A stretch of 64,000 nucleotides of DNA. Origin: an uncultured Gammaproteobacteria bacterium. Lineage in GTDB: Bacteria; Patescibacteriota; Microgenomatia; 2-02-FULL-39-11. Location of the stretch: NCBI GenBank assembly GCA_964362665.1, contig CAYIFB010000001.1, positions 48,308-112,307 of the forward strand, given 5' to 3'. A model generated the notes under the pieces. The model made no database searches. It worked only from the letters and a program-made list of their open reading frames with translations, and was not told the DNA's origin. Of this stretch, positions 55,404-64,000 are shown piece after piece. Positions within the stretch are counted from its first letter, which is position 1. Each line of letters opens with the position of its first letter. Position numbers and translations under genes: made by a program.

Positions 55404-58058
55404 ATGGCTCATCGTTTCCACAGTAGGCGTTTAGATAGACTCAAGTATGGCAAACTATTTAAATTGAACTCTTATTCATGGAGACTTTTAAAAATTAAAC
55501 TTGTTAGTCATCTTACCTCTATAACCCTGATAACATTGGGTGTTTTAGTTTTTATCGCTGTAATATTGTTTTTTTGGTATTCCAGAGATTTACCTTCACC
55601 CGACAAAGTAAAAAGAAAAACAGGTTTTTCGACAGTGCTTTTGGACCGGACAGGCAAACCTATTTACGACATTTACTCCGATCAGAACAGAATTCCGATT
55701 TCATTCAGTGAATTCCCTGAAAGTCTGAAAAAAGCAACCATCGCCATTGAAGATAAAAATTTTTATACGCATCAGGGTTTTGACCCCAAAGGTATCCTTC
55801 GTTCTGTTTTTAATATTATTACCTTTAGGGGGTTACAAGGAGGATCGACACTGACTCAACAGCTGGTCAAAAATGTTTTATTATCCAGTGAACGGACGTT
55901 GCCCAGAAAAATAAAAGAATTTATACTCTCAATACAAATTGAAAGGAAATATTCCAAAGATGAAATTTTGCAGATGTATCTGAATGAAGCGCCTTATGGT
56001 GGAACAATGTGGGGCATAGAGTCGGCTGCCGAAGGCTATTTTGGCAAGCACGCCAAAGATTTAGACTTTCTGGAAAGCATCATTCTGGCAGGTCTTCCTC
56101 AAAGACCTTCATATTATACTCCATATGGCGCCAGTCCTAAAGCATATATGATTCGCGCGGAGGAAGTACTCAGGCGACTTCGGGAGGATAATATCATCAC
56201 ACAAAGTCAGGAGGCAGAATATAAGAGAAACCTGCCCAACGTGAAGTTCATTTCCAATAGCGAACAATCCCGTGCCTGGCATTTCGTAGAGTATGTCAAA
56301 AAGCAGTTAAATGAACAGTTTGGTGAGACCTTAATAGATAAATCCGGCTTAAGAATTACGACTACACTCGATTCAGAATTACAATCGACAACGGAAAAAA
56401 TCGTTTTTGAAGAACTGGAAAAACTGAAAGGGATGAGCGTCGGTAACGGAGCAACGATCGTGATCAATCCTAATACCGGTGAAATTTTATCCTATGTAGG
56501 GAGTAAAGAATACATTTCCAAAGACGAAACTTTCCAGGGTAAATTTGATGTGGTGAGTATGGGATACAGGCAACCGGGAAGCGCACTAAAGCCAATTACT
56601 TATGCTGCTGCCTTTAACAAAGGTTATACGCCTTCTTATCTTCTGATGGATGTAGAAACACATTTTCACGGAGGAGCCGATAACAAGGATTACATTCCAA
56701 AAAATTATGATAATAAATTCAGAGGCCCAGTGCAATTAAGATACGCCCTTGCCAATTCTGTTAATGTTCCCGCGGTCAAACTGACCGCCTTAACCGGCAT
56801 CAAAGATATCCTAAAAACAGCTTCTGATATGGGTATTACAACCCTTTCTCCGACTGATATAAACGAAAAAAGATTGGGACTTTCACTGACTCTTGGTGGA
56901 GGTGAAGTGAGGCTTCTTGATCTTGCCAGTGCATACGGAGTGTTTGCCACGGGTGGCATCAGACACGATCCGATTGTTATTTTAAAAATTACTGATTCAA
57001 ACGGAAAGACACTTTATGAATATAAACCAAGTGTTGGTAAAAGAGTGTTGAATGAAGATGTAAGTTTTTTGATATCCGATATTTTATCCGATAATGACAG
57101 TCGAAAAGAAGTTTTTGGTTTAAATAGCTATTTGTATATCCCTAGTCACGATGTGGCTGTCAAGACAGGAACGACAGATGATAAAAGAGATAACTGGACT
57201 GTAGGTTATACAACCTCAGCGGTTGTTGGAGTTTGGGTGGGTAATAATGATAATTCTCCCATGAATCCCAAATTAGCCTCCGGAGTTACGGGCGCAGCTC
57301 CGATTTGGAATCGGATTATCAGAGAAGTAATTAAGAAATATCCGGAAAAATCTTTTCATAAACCGGACAATGTCATAAATCTTGATATAGACGGATTTGG
57401 AGGCGGCCTTCCTCATGAAGGAAGACCGACCCGAAAGGAATATTTTATCAAAGGTACAGATCCCACATCGGTCGCATCTATTTATCAGAAACTAAAACTA
57501 TCGAAGGCAGATAATAAAAAATTAGCCAATTCTGTCGAAATTGCCACAGGTTCTTATGACGAAAAAGAGTTTATAGTTTTTCATGAAGACGACCCCACAT
57601 CCTTAAAAGGCAGCGAAAATATGTGGCAAAAAGGAATAGATGAATGGTTAAATACGCAAAATGATCCCACATATCACCCTCCAACTGATTCTTCAACGAA
57701 CAATGACAACCAGGTCATCGTGAGGATAAAAAATCCTCAGGATAAGGAGGAGTTAAATGATGAAAACGTAAATATTTCGGCCGATGCCAAAGCCGTCAAA
57801 GATATTACCAAAATGGAAATATATATCGATGATATCTTAAAAACCAGCGTCAATAATAACTTCTATAATGATACATTGCGTATGGACAGAGGTGTGCATA
57901 CTTTAAAAGTAAAGGCCATAGACCGCGAAAATCACAGCGGAGAATCTTCTATTATTATTGGAGTGAAGGTTCCGGCAGTTTTATCCCCTACCCTTAGTCC
58001 TACTGTGCCGCCACCCGTTCCTTCAGCAACGTCTCCGGTTGCGTCTCCTACGATTTAG
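55404..58058 (+). CDS. Class A penicillin-binding protein (bifunctional glycosyltransferase GT51 / transpeptidase, PBP1A-like) with a C-terminal Ig-like extension and Pro-rich tail
   Basis: TM anchor. GT51 motifs EDKNFYTHQGFD and GGSTLTQQLVKN. Transpeptidase motifs SALKP (SxxK), SVN and KTGTT. Confidence 0.85.
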   Translation: MAHRFHSRRLDRLKYGKLFKLNSYSWRLLKIKLVSHLTSITLITLGVLVFIAVILFFWYSRDLPSPDKVKRKTGFSTVLLDRTGKPIYDIYSDQNRIPISFSEFPESLKKATIAIEDKNFYTHQGFDPKGILRSVFNIITFRGLQGGSTLTQQLVKNVLLSSERTLPRKIKEFILSIQIERKYSKDEILQMYLNEAPYGGTMWGIESAAEGYFGKHAKDLDFLESIILAGLPQRPSYYTPYGASPKAYMIRAEEVLRRLREDNIITQSQEAEYKRNLPNVKFISNSEQSRAWHFVEYVKKQLNEQFGETLIDKSGLRITTTLDSELQSTTEKIVFEELEKLKGMSVGNGATIVINPNTGEILSYVGSKEYISKDETFQGKFDVVSMGYRQPGSALKPITYAAAFNKGYTPSYLLMDVETHFHGGADNKDYIPKNYDNKFRGPVQLRYALANSVNVPAVKLTALTGIKDILKTASDMGITTLSPTDINEKRLGLSLTLGGGEVRLLDLASAYGVFATGGIRHDPIVILKITDSNGKTLYEYKPSVGKRVLNEDVSFLISDILSDNDSRKEVFGLNSYLYIPSHDVAVKTGTTDDKRDNWTVGYTTSAVVGVWVGNNDNSPMNPKLASGVTGAAPIWNRIIREVIKKYPEKSFHKPDNVINLDIDGFGGGLPHEGRPTRKEYFIKGTDPTSVASIYQKLKLSKADNKKLANSVEIATGSYDEKEFIVFHEDDPTSLKGSENMWQKGIDEWLNTQNDPTYHPPTDSSTNNDNQVIVRIKNPQDKEELNDENVNISADAKAVKDITKMEIYIDDILKTSVNNNFYNDTLRMDRGVHTLKVKAIDRENHSGESSIIIGVKVPAVLSPTLSPTVPPPVPSATSPVASPTI

Positions 58059-60058
58059 ATCGACTTTAGTTTTATTTGGTAACGGGAAGACAGGAAACTT
58101 AGAATATCCTGTCGGATTCGTGTGGTATCATCGCTCGTGAGGTTTTGTTTGTCTCCCTGGTAATTAATTCTTAAAGTAGTAGTATTTTCAAAAATGTCTA
58201 TCAGGTTAATCTTAGTAATTTGGGGCGAAATTTGATAGATATTTTTTATGACCTCGCCCAGTTTTACATTTTCCGGGATAATTAAAGCCAAATCTTCGAT
58301 AACAGGCGGTTGTTTGGGAATTGGATGATATCTTTTAATATTACCCGCGAATTGTAAAAGCGGGTTCAGATTAATTTCGGAAATTGTCAAGGAAGTTTTA
58401 ATATTAAAATTAGATTGTATTTCCGAATTCAATATACCAACTGTTGCCAGTAAAGTGTTTTTTAAAACAAAACTTATACTTTGTTGCGGACTCGTGAATT
58501 GATGCGGTGTAATTTTTTGTTCAATATTTTCCAATCCAAAATCTTTAAATAATGCTTCAATAATGCCTTTTATTACAAATAAATTGTCACTTGCTGCCAG
58601 AACTAAAACAGGCATCTCCATAGGCAAATTATTTTTTTTGGGAAGGTAAATGTTGGCCAGCTCAAACAGGCGCAGTCGGTTCGTGAAATATTGATTGTTA
58701 CAGACAGAATTCAAAAGAGATGGAAAAAGAGATATTCTCATAAATTGAATATCACTAGTCAGAGGATTTGACACTTCCAGATGATCCTGGACTTTAAGCT
58801 TACTATCCACGATCATTTTTTCCGAGATAAAAGAATAACTATAAGTTTCGGTAAAACCCAAATACTTTAAAGAGTTCTTAATTTTATCTTCAAAGAGAAA
58901 CTGCTTTGACGGGTTTTGAACGGGAATTTTACCGCTCATAAGATTTCCCGGTAAATTAAAGTAACCGTATATTCTGGCAACTTCTTCGACCAAATCCTCC
59001 TTAATCTGAACGTCTGTTGCTCTAAAAGAGGGTGGAGTCACATATAAATTGTTATTCTTACTTTCGACCTGAAATTGAAGAGAGGTTAAAATATCGGAAA
59101 TTTCTTTATTTGAGTGATTTATTCCTGTTCTTTTGCTGATAAATTCAGTTGATATTTCAATACTTTTAATCTGAGGTTTGCGCGGATAGATATCTGTTAT
59201 CGCGCTGGCTATCTTAGCTTGAGAGGTATCCTGATAAAGTTTTATTCCCCGCAAGATAGCTGTTTCTACAAGCTGCGTATCCGGATTTTTTTCATTAATG
59301 GTAGCCGCCATAGTCCTGATACCGTACTTCATAGATGTCCTTCTGATACTGACAGGATCATTTGATTCGATAAACAAAATAATTCGTCTTGTTTCATCTA
59401 CTACAACACTATTTAAAGTGCCCATGATGCCCGGAAGATCTATAATTGTACCTGTTCCGTCGTCAATGATTACATCCTTCTCATCCAAAGTATATTTTTT
59501 TTCATCAAGTGTCGTAATGACTTCACCTTTTTTCGCCAATCTTAAAATTAAGGAATGTGTTTTTATGCGGTCGTAATCAAATGCATGCACAGGTTGACCA
59601 ATTTCGAGCATGACGTAATTGGTGATGTCTACGATATTATTTAAAGATCTGATTCCAGCCTGCTCAAGTCTTTTTCTTATAAATTCCGGAGATTTAGAGA
59701 CATTAAGATTATCTAAAACTACAGCCATAATACGGGAGCACAAATGATTTTTATCCTGGATGATGAGAGGAAGAGAAGAAATTGATGATTCGTTTTTAGA
59801 TGATAATTCAATTTTATTTAAGGAAGTTTTAAATCCCATTCGGGGTAATATGGCGTTAGCTTCACGGGCGATGCCGATGACTGAGGCCATGTCTACCCTA
59901 TTTGACGTTATCTCAATATCATAAACAAAATCCTGTCCGACTTGATTTAATTTTTCCACAGTCGGTCCGGATAAAGACAGGCTATCAGCAATCTGTCTGG
60001 GTGTAGCCTCAGTATTCAGGTATTCGCGAAGCCATGAGTCGGTAATTTTGATGTTCAT
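58055..60058 (-). CDS. pheT: Phenylalanine--tRNA ligase beta subunit
   Basis: Position immediately downstream of pheS. B3/B4 and B5-like regions. Short form (667 aa) without the N-terminal tRNA-binding domain. Confidence 0.75.
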   Translation of the reverse strand: MNIKITDSWLREYLNTEATPRQIADSLSLSGPTVEKLNQVGQDFVYDIEITSNRVDMASVIGIAREANAILPRMGFKTSLNKIELSSKNESSISSLPLIIQDKNHLCSRIMAVVLDNLNVSKSPEFIRKRLEQAGIRSLNNIVDITNYVMLEIGQPVHAFDYDRIKTHSLILRLAKKGEVITTLDEKKYTLDEKDVIIDDGTGTIIDLPGIMGTLNSVVVDETRRIILFIESNDPVSIRRTSMKYGIRTMAATINEKNPDTQLVETAILRGIKLYQDTSQAKIASAITDIYPRKPQIKSIEISTEFISKRTGINHSNKEISDILTSLQFQVESKNNNLYVTPPSFRATDVQIKEDLVEEVARIYGYFNLPGNLMSGKIPVQNPSKQFLFEDKIKNSLKYLGFTETYSYSFISEKMIVDSKLKVQDHLEVSNPLTSDIQFMRISLFPSLLNSVCNNQYFTNRLRLFELANIYLPKKNNLPMEMPVLVLAASDNLFVIKGIIEALFKDFGLENIEQKITPHQFTSPQQSISFVLKNTLLATVGILNSEIQSNFNIKTSLTISEINLNPLLQFAGNIKRYHPIPKQPPVIEDLALIIPENVKLGEVIKNIYQISPQITKINLIDIFENTTTLRINYQGDKQNLTSDDTTRIRQDILSFLSSRYQIKLKSI

Positions 60059-60062
60059 TATA

Positions 60063-61094
60063 TTAAAATTGTTCCAAAAATCTTATATCATTGCCGTACA
60101 TCAGTCTTAGATCGTCAATTTTCAGACCTTGTTTCATCATGTAGGTTCTTTCAACACCCCAGCCAAAAGCATACCCTGAATACTTCTCAGGATCGATTTT
60201 ACCGGCTCTCAGGACATTTGGATGAACCATACCCGATCCACCCAGTTCCAGCCAACCTTCCTTGCATAAGCGGCATCCTTGCCCTCGGCAGATATCGCAG
60301 GTTATATCAACCTCAAATGAAGGTTCAGTGAATTGAAAATGGAAGGGCCGCAGGCGAATTTTCCTTTCCGGACCGAAAAACATACGGGCAAAATATTCAA
60401 AGGTACCTTTCAGATGAGTTATATTAATATTTTCGTCAATCACTAGGCCTTCAAACTGATGGAACATCGGCGTGTGTGAAATATCCCAATTGGGCCGGTA
60501 ACATTTGGCTATATTTATCATTCTGATGGGAGGAGCTGCGGATTTTAGCATTTCCCTGACCTGACCGGAGGAAGTATGAGGAGACAAAAGCATTCTGCCG
60601 TATTTTGGAGAACTGGGAGCCTTGATAAAAAAAGTTTCTACATCATCGCGGGCCGGATGAAAGGCAGGAAAATTCAAACTTTCGAATGAAAACCAATCCC
60701 ATTCCACTTCACTATATCGTACCCGGGTAAAGCCAATTTTTTCAAAAATGGCAGAAATTTCCTTAATAGCCTCAGTGACCAAATGCAAATGTCCGATTTT
60801 GGGGTCTATGCCCGGAGCTGTCGCATCGATATTCGGATAATTATTACTTTGCTGTAGCAGGATTTTCTTTTTCTCGGAAAAGTTGGTCTCTAATTCTTTT
60901 TTTATATTATTTACGAATTTTCCAATTCTTGCTCTTTCCTTTATATCGATAGATTTTATGTTTATGATCAGTTGCGGAAATTCTCCATTTTTACCGAATA
61001 TCTTCAAGTAAAATTCAGTCAATTTTTCCTGAGAATTTATGACTTCTAAAGAACCAATGACAAATTGTTTGAGAGAAATTAATTTTTTTTCCAT
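60063..61094 (-). CDS. pheS: Phenylalanine--tRNA ligase alpha subunit
   Basis: Class II aaRS motifs: …FRPNWDISHTPMFHQFEGLV… (motif 2) and GWLELGGSGMVHPNVL…GYAFGWGVER (motif 3). Confidence 0.85.
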   Translation of the reverse strand: MEKKLISLKQFVIGSLEVINSQEKLTEFYLKIFGKNGEFPQLIINIKSIDIKERARIGKFVNNIKKELETNFSEKKKILLQQSNNYPNIDATAPGIDPKIGHLHLVTEAIKEISAIFEKIGFTRVRYSEVEWDWFSFESLNFPAFHPARDDVETFFIKAPSSPKYGRMLLSPHTSSGQVREMLKSAAPPIRMINIAKCYRPNWDISHTPMFHQFEGLVIDENINITHLKGTFEYFARMFFGPERKIRLRPFHFQFTEPSFEVDITCDICRGQGCRLCKEGWLELGGSGMVHPNVLRAGKIDPEKYSGYAFGWGVERTYMMKQGLKIDDLRLMYGNDIRFLEQF

Positions 61095-62344
61095 AATTTA
61101 AGATTTTTTTTATTACTTTTCCACCATGTCTCTATTTTATCAAATGACTTGCTGATTTCATCCGGAGACGATCCGAAAGAAAGTCGTAAATGGTATTCGC
61201 CATCAGGACCAAATCCGACTCCCGGTATGGTAACTACACCTGCTTCATAGAGTAACTTTTTGGCAAATTCGATGCTTTTTATGGGAAGATTAAAACGAGG
61301 AAATACGTAATAGGTCCCTCTTGGTTTAATGTAACTGAAAAGATCAGCTAAACGTTCAAGTCGTTCACAAATAAGGTCACGGTTTTGTTTTAACCATTTT
61401 TTATGATCTTTAACTACATCTTGCGGACCAGTCAAAGCTGCAATAGCCGCTTCCTGGGAAATATGAGGTGCGCAGACAATATTTGCGTCGTGAATTTTCA
61501 ATATATTCATGAGTAATTTTTTATTGGTATGAAGATAACCGATTCTCCACCCCATCATACCGTATTTTTTCGAAAGAGAACAGCACCTGATGACTCTGGG
61601 CCAAAGTTTTTTTATAGTAGCGATATTAAAATAGGAATAATCATCATAAACCAGAAAATCATATACTTCGTCAGTGATGACATATATTTTAGTAGCGGAT
61701 AAAATATCTGCCAGTTTCCTCAGGTCTTCTTCCAAAAACACCGCACCGGTTGGATTTTGAGGATTATTTAAGATTATGGCTTTAGTTTTATTACTGATAG
61801 CTTTTCGGATTTTATCAATATCCAGTCTGTATCCCATTTTTTTATCTTCTATCATCGGAACTGGTATAGGTTTCCCCCCGGCAATTGAAACTTGTTCACC
61901 GTTTGAGGAAAAGTACGGTGAGGGTAAAATAACTTCATCTGCGGGATTGACTAAAGTCAGCATGGAATAAAAAAGTCCGGCCATACTGCCCGGAGTAATT
62001 AAAATATCATCGGGAGAAGTTTCAATTCCAAGCAGATTTTGTGAAAGTGTGGCAACTATCTTACGCAGTTCAGGCAGACCGGTTAAAAGCGTATATTTAT
62101 CGATATCTTTTTTATTTTTTAAAACATTAATAGCATGCTGATGAATAAAATCAGGAGCAGGGTAAAAGGGAAGTCCTACACCAAGTGATATCACATCTTT
62201 GCCATTATTTTGTTCCAACGCCCCCAGGTACATCATTTCTTTAATGACAGACACACTGGTATTTTTAAGGCGTTCTGCTAACTCCGGCATATCTACGCTG
62301 TCGCCTGTCGTGGCCAGAACCGAATGACTGACTGTTTTATTCAT
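61079..62344 (-). CDS. PLP-dependent aminotransferase, class I/II (aspartate/aromatic aminotransferase family)
   Basis: CSLSKKYGMMGWRIGY (PLP-lysine SxSK region). NPxNPTG-like NPQNPTGAV. Confidence 0.75.
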   Translation of the reverse strand: MNKTVSHSVLATTGDSVDMPELAERLKNTSVSVIKEMMYLGALEQNNGKDVISLGVGLPFYPAPDFIHQHAINVLKNKKDIDKYTLLTGLPELRKIVATLSQNLLGIETSPDDILITPGSMAGLFYSMLTLVNPADEVILPSPYFSSNGEQVSIAGGKPIPVPMIEDKKMGYRLDIDKIRKAISNKTKAIILNNPQNPTGAVFLEEDLRKLADILSATKIYVITDEVYDFLVYDDYSYFNIATIKKLWPRVIRCCSLSKKYGMMGWRIGYLHTNKKLLMNILKIHDANIVCAPHISQEAAIAALTGPQDVVKDHKKWLKQNRDLICERLERLADLFSYIKPRGTYYVFPRFNLPIKSIEFAKKLLYEAGVVTIPGVGFGPDGEYHLRLSFGSSPDEISKSFDKIETWWKSNKKNLKLWKKN

Positions 62345-63486
62345 AAAGATAACTTGGTGTTTAAATATATTTGGTATTGATGAAAATTATCTGTTATTTC
62401 AACTAAAGTATCGCTGCCGAATTTTTCCAGAAAAGCTTTTACAATCACAAACGACAGCATTGCTTCAGAAATAACTCCTGCCCGGGGTATGACACATATG
62501 TCTGACCTTTCGACTAACGCCCTAGAAGGTTGAAGAGTTTTCAAGTCGACGGTATTTAAAGGATTTCCTAAGGTGGAAATCGGTTTATGGAAAACCCTGA
62601 CAATGATATTTTCTCCATTAGTAACTCCGCCTTCCAATCCTCCGGCCCGGTTTGTTTTCCTCTTTATATTGCCTCCTTTTAAAATTATCTCATCCTGGGC
62701 TCTTGAACCAAGTTCCGAAACATTTTCGATTCCTTCCCCTATCTCCACAGCTTTGACTGAAGGAATACTCATCAGTGACTGGGCGATCAACCCATCAAGT
62801 TTGCGATCATAGTGGACATAACTCCCAAGTCCGGGCGGAACATGAGAGGCGATAATTTCTATTACGCCTCCCAAAGTATCTTTGTTTACGGTAGCTTCAA
62901 TAATGGCTTGTTTCATCATATTTGATATTTTTTTATCAATGCATCTGACTTCAGGATTTGTCTTATCAACATTAAATACTTCAGAAAAATCCTGTATTTT
63001 GCTTTCGAGCCTAATTTTACCGATTTGTATAGTGTGGCTGGCAATAAGAATTTTAAATTCAGCCAGAAATTTTTTACATATTGCTCCAACAGCTACACGC
63101 ATGACCGTTTCCCTGGCGCTTGCCCTTTCCAGCACATTTCGTGCATCATCAAAATGATATTTGAGTGCTCCTGCCAGATCGGCATGACCGGGTCTTGGAT
63201 TAGTAACTTTTAATTCTGCCTGAGTTTTCTGCCAATTTTCATGATCAAGATTTTTAACGAGCAGGCTGATCGGACTGCCAATGGTTTTTCCGAAACGGAT
63301 TCCGGACAGAATTTGCACTTCATCTTTTTCAATTTCCCCACGACCTCCACGTCCCGCACCCAGCCGGCGACGATCGAGCTCATTTTGAATATCACATTCA
63401 GAGAGAGGTAAACCTGCCGGAATTCCTTCCAGTATTGCTACCTCTGCTTTTCCGTGCGATTCACCTGCTGTTAAAAACCTAAGCAT
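62341..63486 (-). CDS. aroC: Chorismate synthase
   Basis: MLRFLTAGESHGKA canonical N-terminus. …GRSSARETV-like RASARETVMRVAVGA. Confidence 0.9.
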   Translation of the reverse strand: MLRFLTAGESHGKAEVAILEGIPAGLPLSECDIQNELDRRRLGAGRGGRGEIEKDEVQILSGIRFGKTIGSPISLLVKNLDHENWQKTQAELKVTNPRPGHADLAGALKYHFDDARNVLERASARETVMRVAVGAICKKFLAEFKILIASHTIQIGKIRLESKIQDFSEVFNVDKTNPEVRCIDKKISNMMKQAIIEATVNKDTLGGVIEIIASHVPPGLGSYVHYDRKLDGLIAQSLMSIPSVKAVEIGEGIENVSELGSRAQDEIILKGGNIKRKTNRAGGLEGGVTNGENIIVRVFHKPISTLGNPLNTVDLKTLQPSRALVERSDICVIPRAGVISEAMLSFVIVKAFLEKFGSDTLVEITDNFHQYQIYLNTKLSL

Positions 63487-64000
63487 ATTTTTTTAGTTCT
63501 TCCTCCATTACCTCAACCGGTGCCTGAATTCCGGTAAACATTTTAAATTTTAACACAGCTTGCCAAAATAGCATTCTTTCCCCGGAGACAATTTTACAAC
63601 CGATTTTCTTTGCATTCTTTAGCAATTTTGTCTCACTGGGATTAGTAACGATGTCCATAACTACCAGTTTTTTATGTAATAATTTTATATCAACCACAGA
63701 ATCAGTATTATTTGGCTTCATACCAACTGAAGTTGCATTGATAATAATATCAGCATTCTTAATTTCTTCTGAAAGTGATTTTATGTCAGCTGATTTTCCT
63801 CCGGTTATACGTGCAAGGTTAGCCGCCTCCGCAAACGTACGATTTAATACCGTTAACTTACCCCCTGCGTCGCTGATGGCAAAAGCTAATGCTCTGGCCG
63901 CGCCTCCGGCTCCAATTAAAATGACATTTTTTTCGGATACAGAGATTGTTTCACTTAATGCCTTAACGCCTCCAAGACCGTCTGTGTTGCCACCGATTAG
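63479..64000 (-). CDS. aroE: Shikimate dehydrogenase, 5'-truncated by the window edge
   Basis: The frame is open to nt 64000. Manual translation upstream of the track ORF gives …SEKNVILIGAGGAARA…, a Rossmann NADP-binding motif. ATGA-type overlap with aroC. Confidence 0.75.
   Translation of the reverse strand, partial: LIGGNTDGLGGVKALSETISVSEKNVILIGAGGAARALAFAISDAGGKLTVLNRTFAEAANLARITGGKSADIKSLSEEIKNADIIINATSVGMKPNNTDSVVDIKLLHKKLVVMDIVTNPSETKLLKNAKKIGCKIVSGERMLFWQAVLKFKMFTGIQAPVEVMEEELKKYA

Overview
This 64-kb window comes from a low-GC bacterium with compact, tightly coupled operons. Many genes overlap at ATGA start/stop junctions. It encodes seven pilin paralogs and a gene order that has lost fab, smc, ftsY, ffh and rimM relative to Firmicutes. 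This looks like an uncultivated CPR/Patescibacteria-like lineage, but that is an impression, not a demonstrated placement.

Layout, in order:
- 0.1-5.7 kb: three GT-C-type polytopic membrane glycosyltransferases (DUF2723+TPR, YfhO-like, GT39-like).
- 5.7-9.8 kb: prepilin peptidase followed by seven translationally coupled type IV pilin or pseudopilin genes.
- 9.8-10.9 kb: a two-gene AbiEii-like nucleotidyltransferase module on the opposite strand, flanked by a perfect 102-bp direct repeat that duplicates the 3' end of the last pilin gene.
- 10.9-16.4 kb: a higher-GC pair of genes, namely a very divergent SecA-family paralog with degenerate motor motifs and a 765-aa membrane/surface protein.
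- 16.4-32 kb: an AT-rich surface-glycan locus with 4 glycosyltransferases, three alkaline-phosphatase-superfamily enzymes, a beta-helix protein, AsnB and a Wzy/O-antigen-ligase-like gene.
- 32-34 kb: a cassette hotspot (HicB-HicA, a coiled-coil ORF, a second small-protein+AbiEii-like module) interleaved with three copies of the 3' end of the Wzy-like gene.
- 34-39.6 kb: the most unusual locus. Two paralogous cassettes each pair an exported protein with a translationally coupled Cys-rich small peptide and a convergent HPr-kinase-like P-loop kinase. They sit with a frameshifted kinase remnant, a signal-peptidase(SipW/S26-like)-nucleotidyltransferase(NTP_transf_5-like) fusion and a PqqD-like protein. 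This resembles lasso-peptide and HprK-related-kinase-type peptide-modification neighbourhoods but has no cyclase.
- 39.6-49.3 kb: a secreted protein, an O-antigen-ligase-like+TPR protein, a 1120-aa PT-repeat surface protein, a PilX-like protein and pilM-N-O.
- 49.3-64 kb: a housekeeping block on the minus strand (trmD, KH protein, rpsP, rnc, a Ser-less ACP-like protein, nusB, rpmF (missed by the ORF track), recG, tyrS, pheT, pheS, aminotransferase, aroC, partial aroE) plus a class A PBP on the plus strand.
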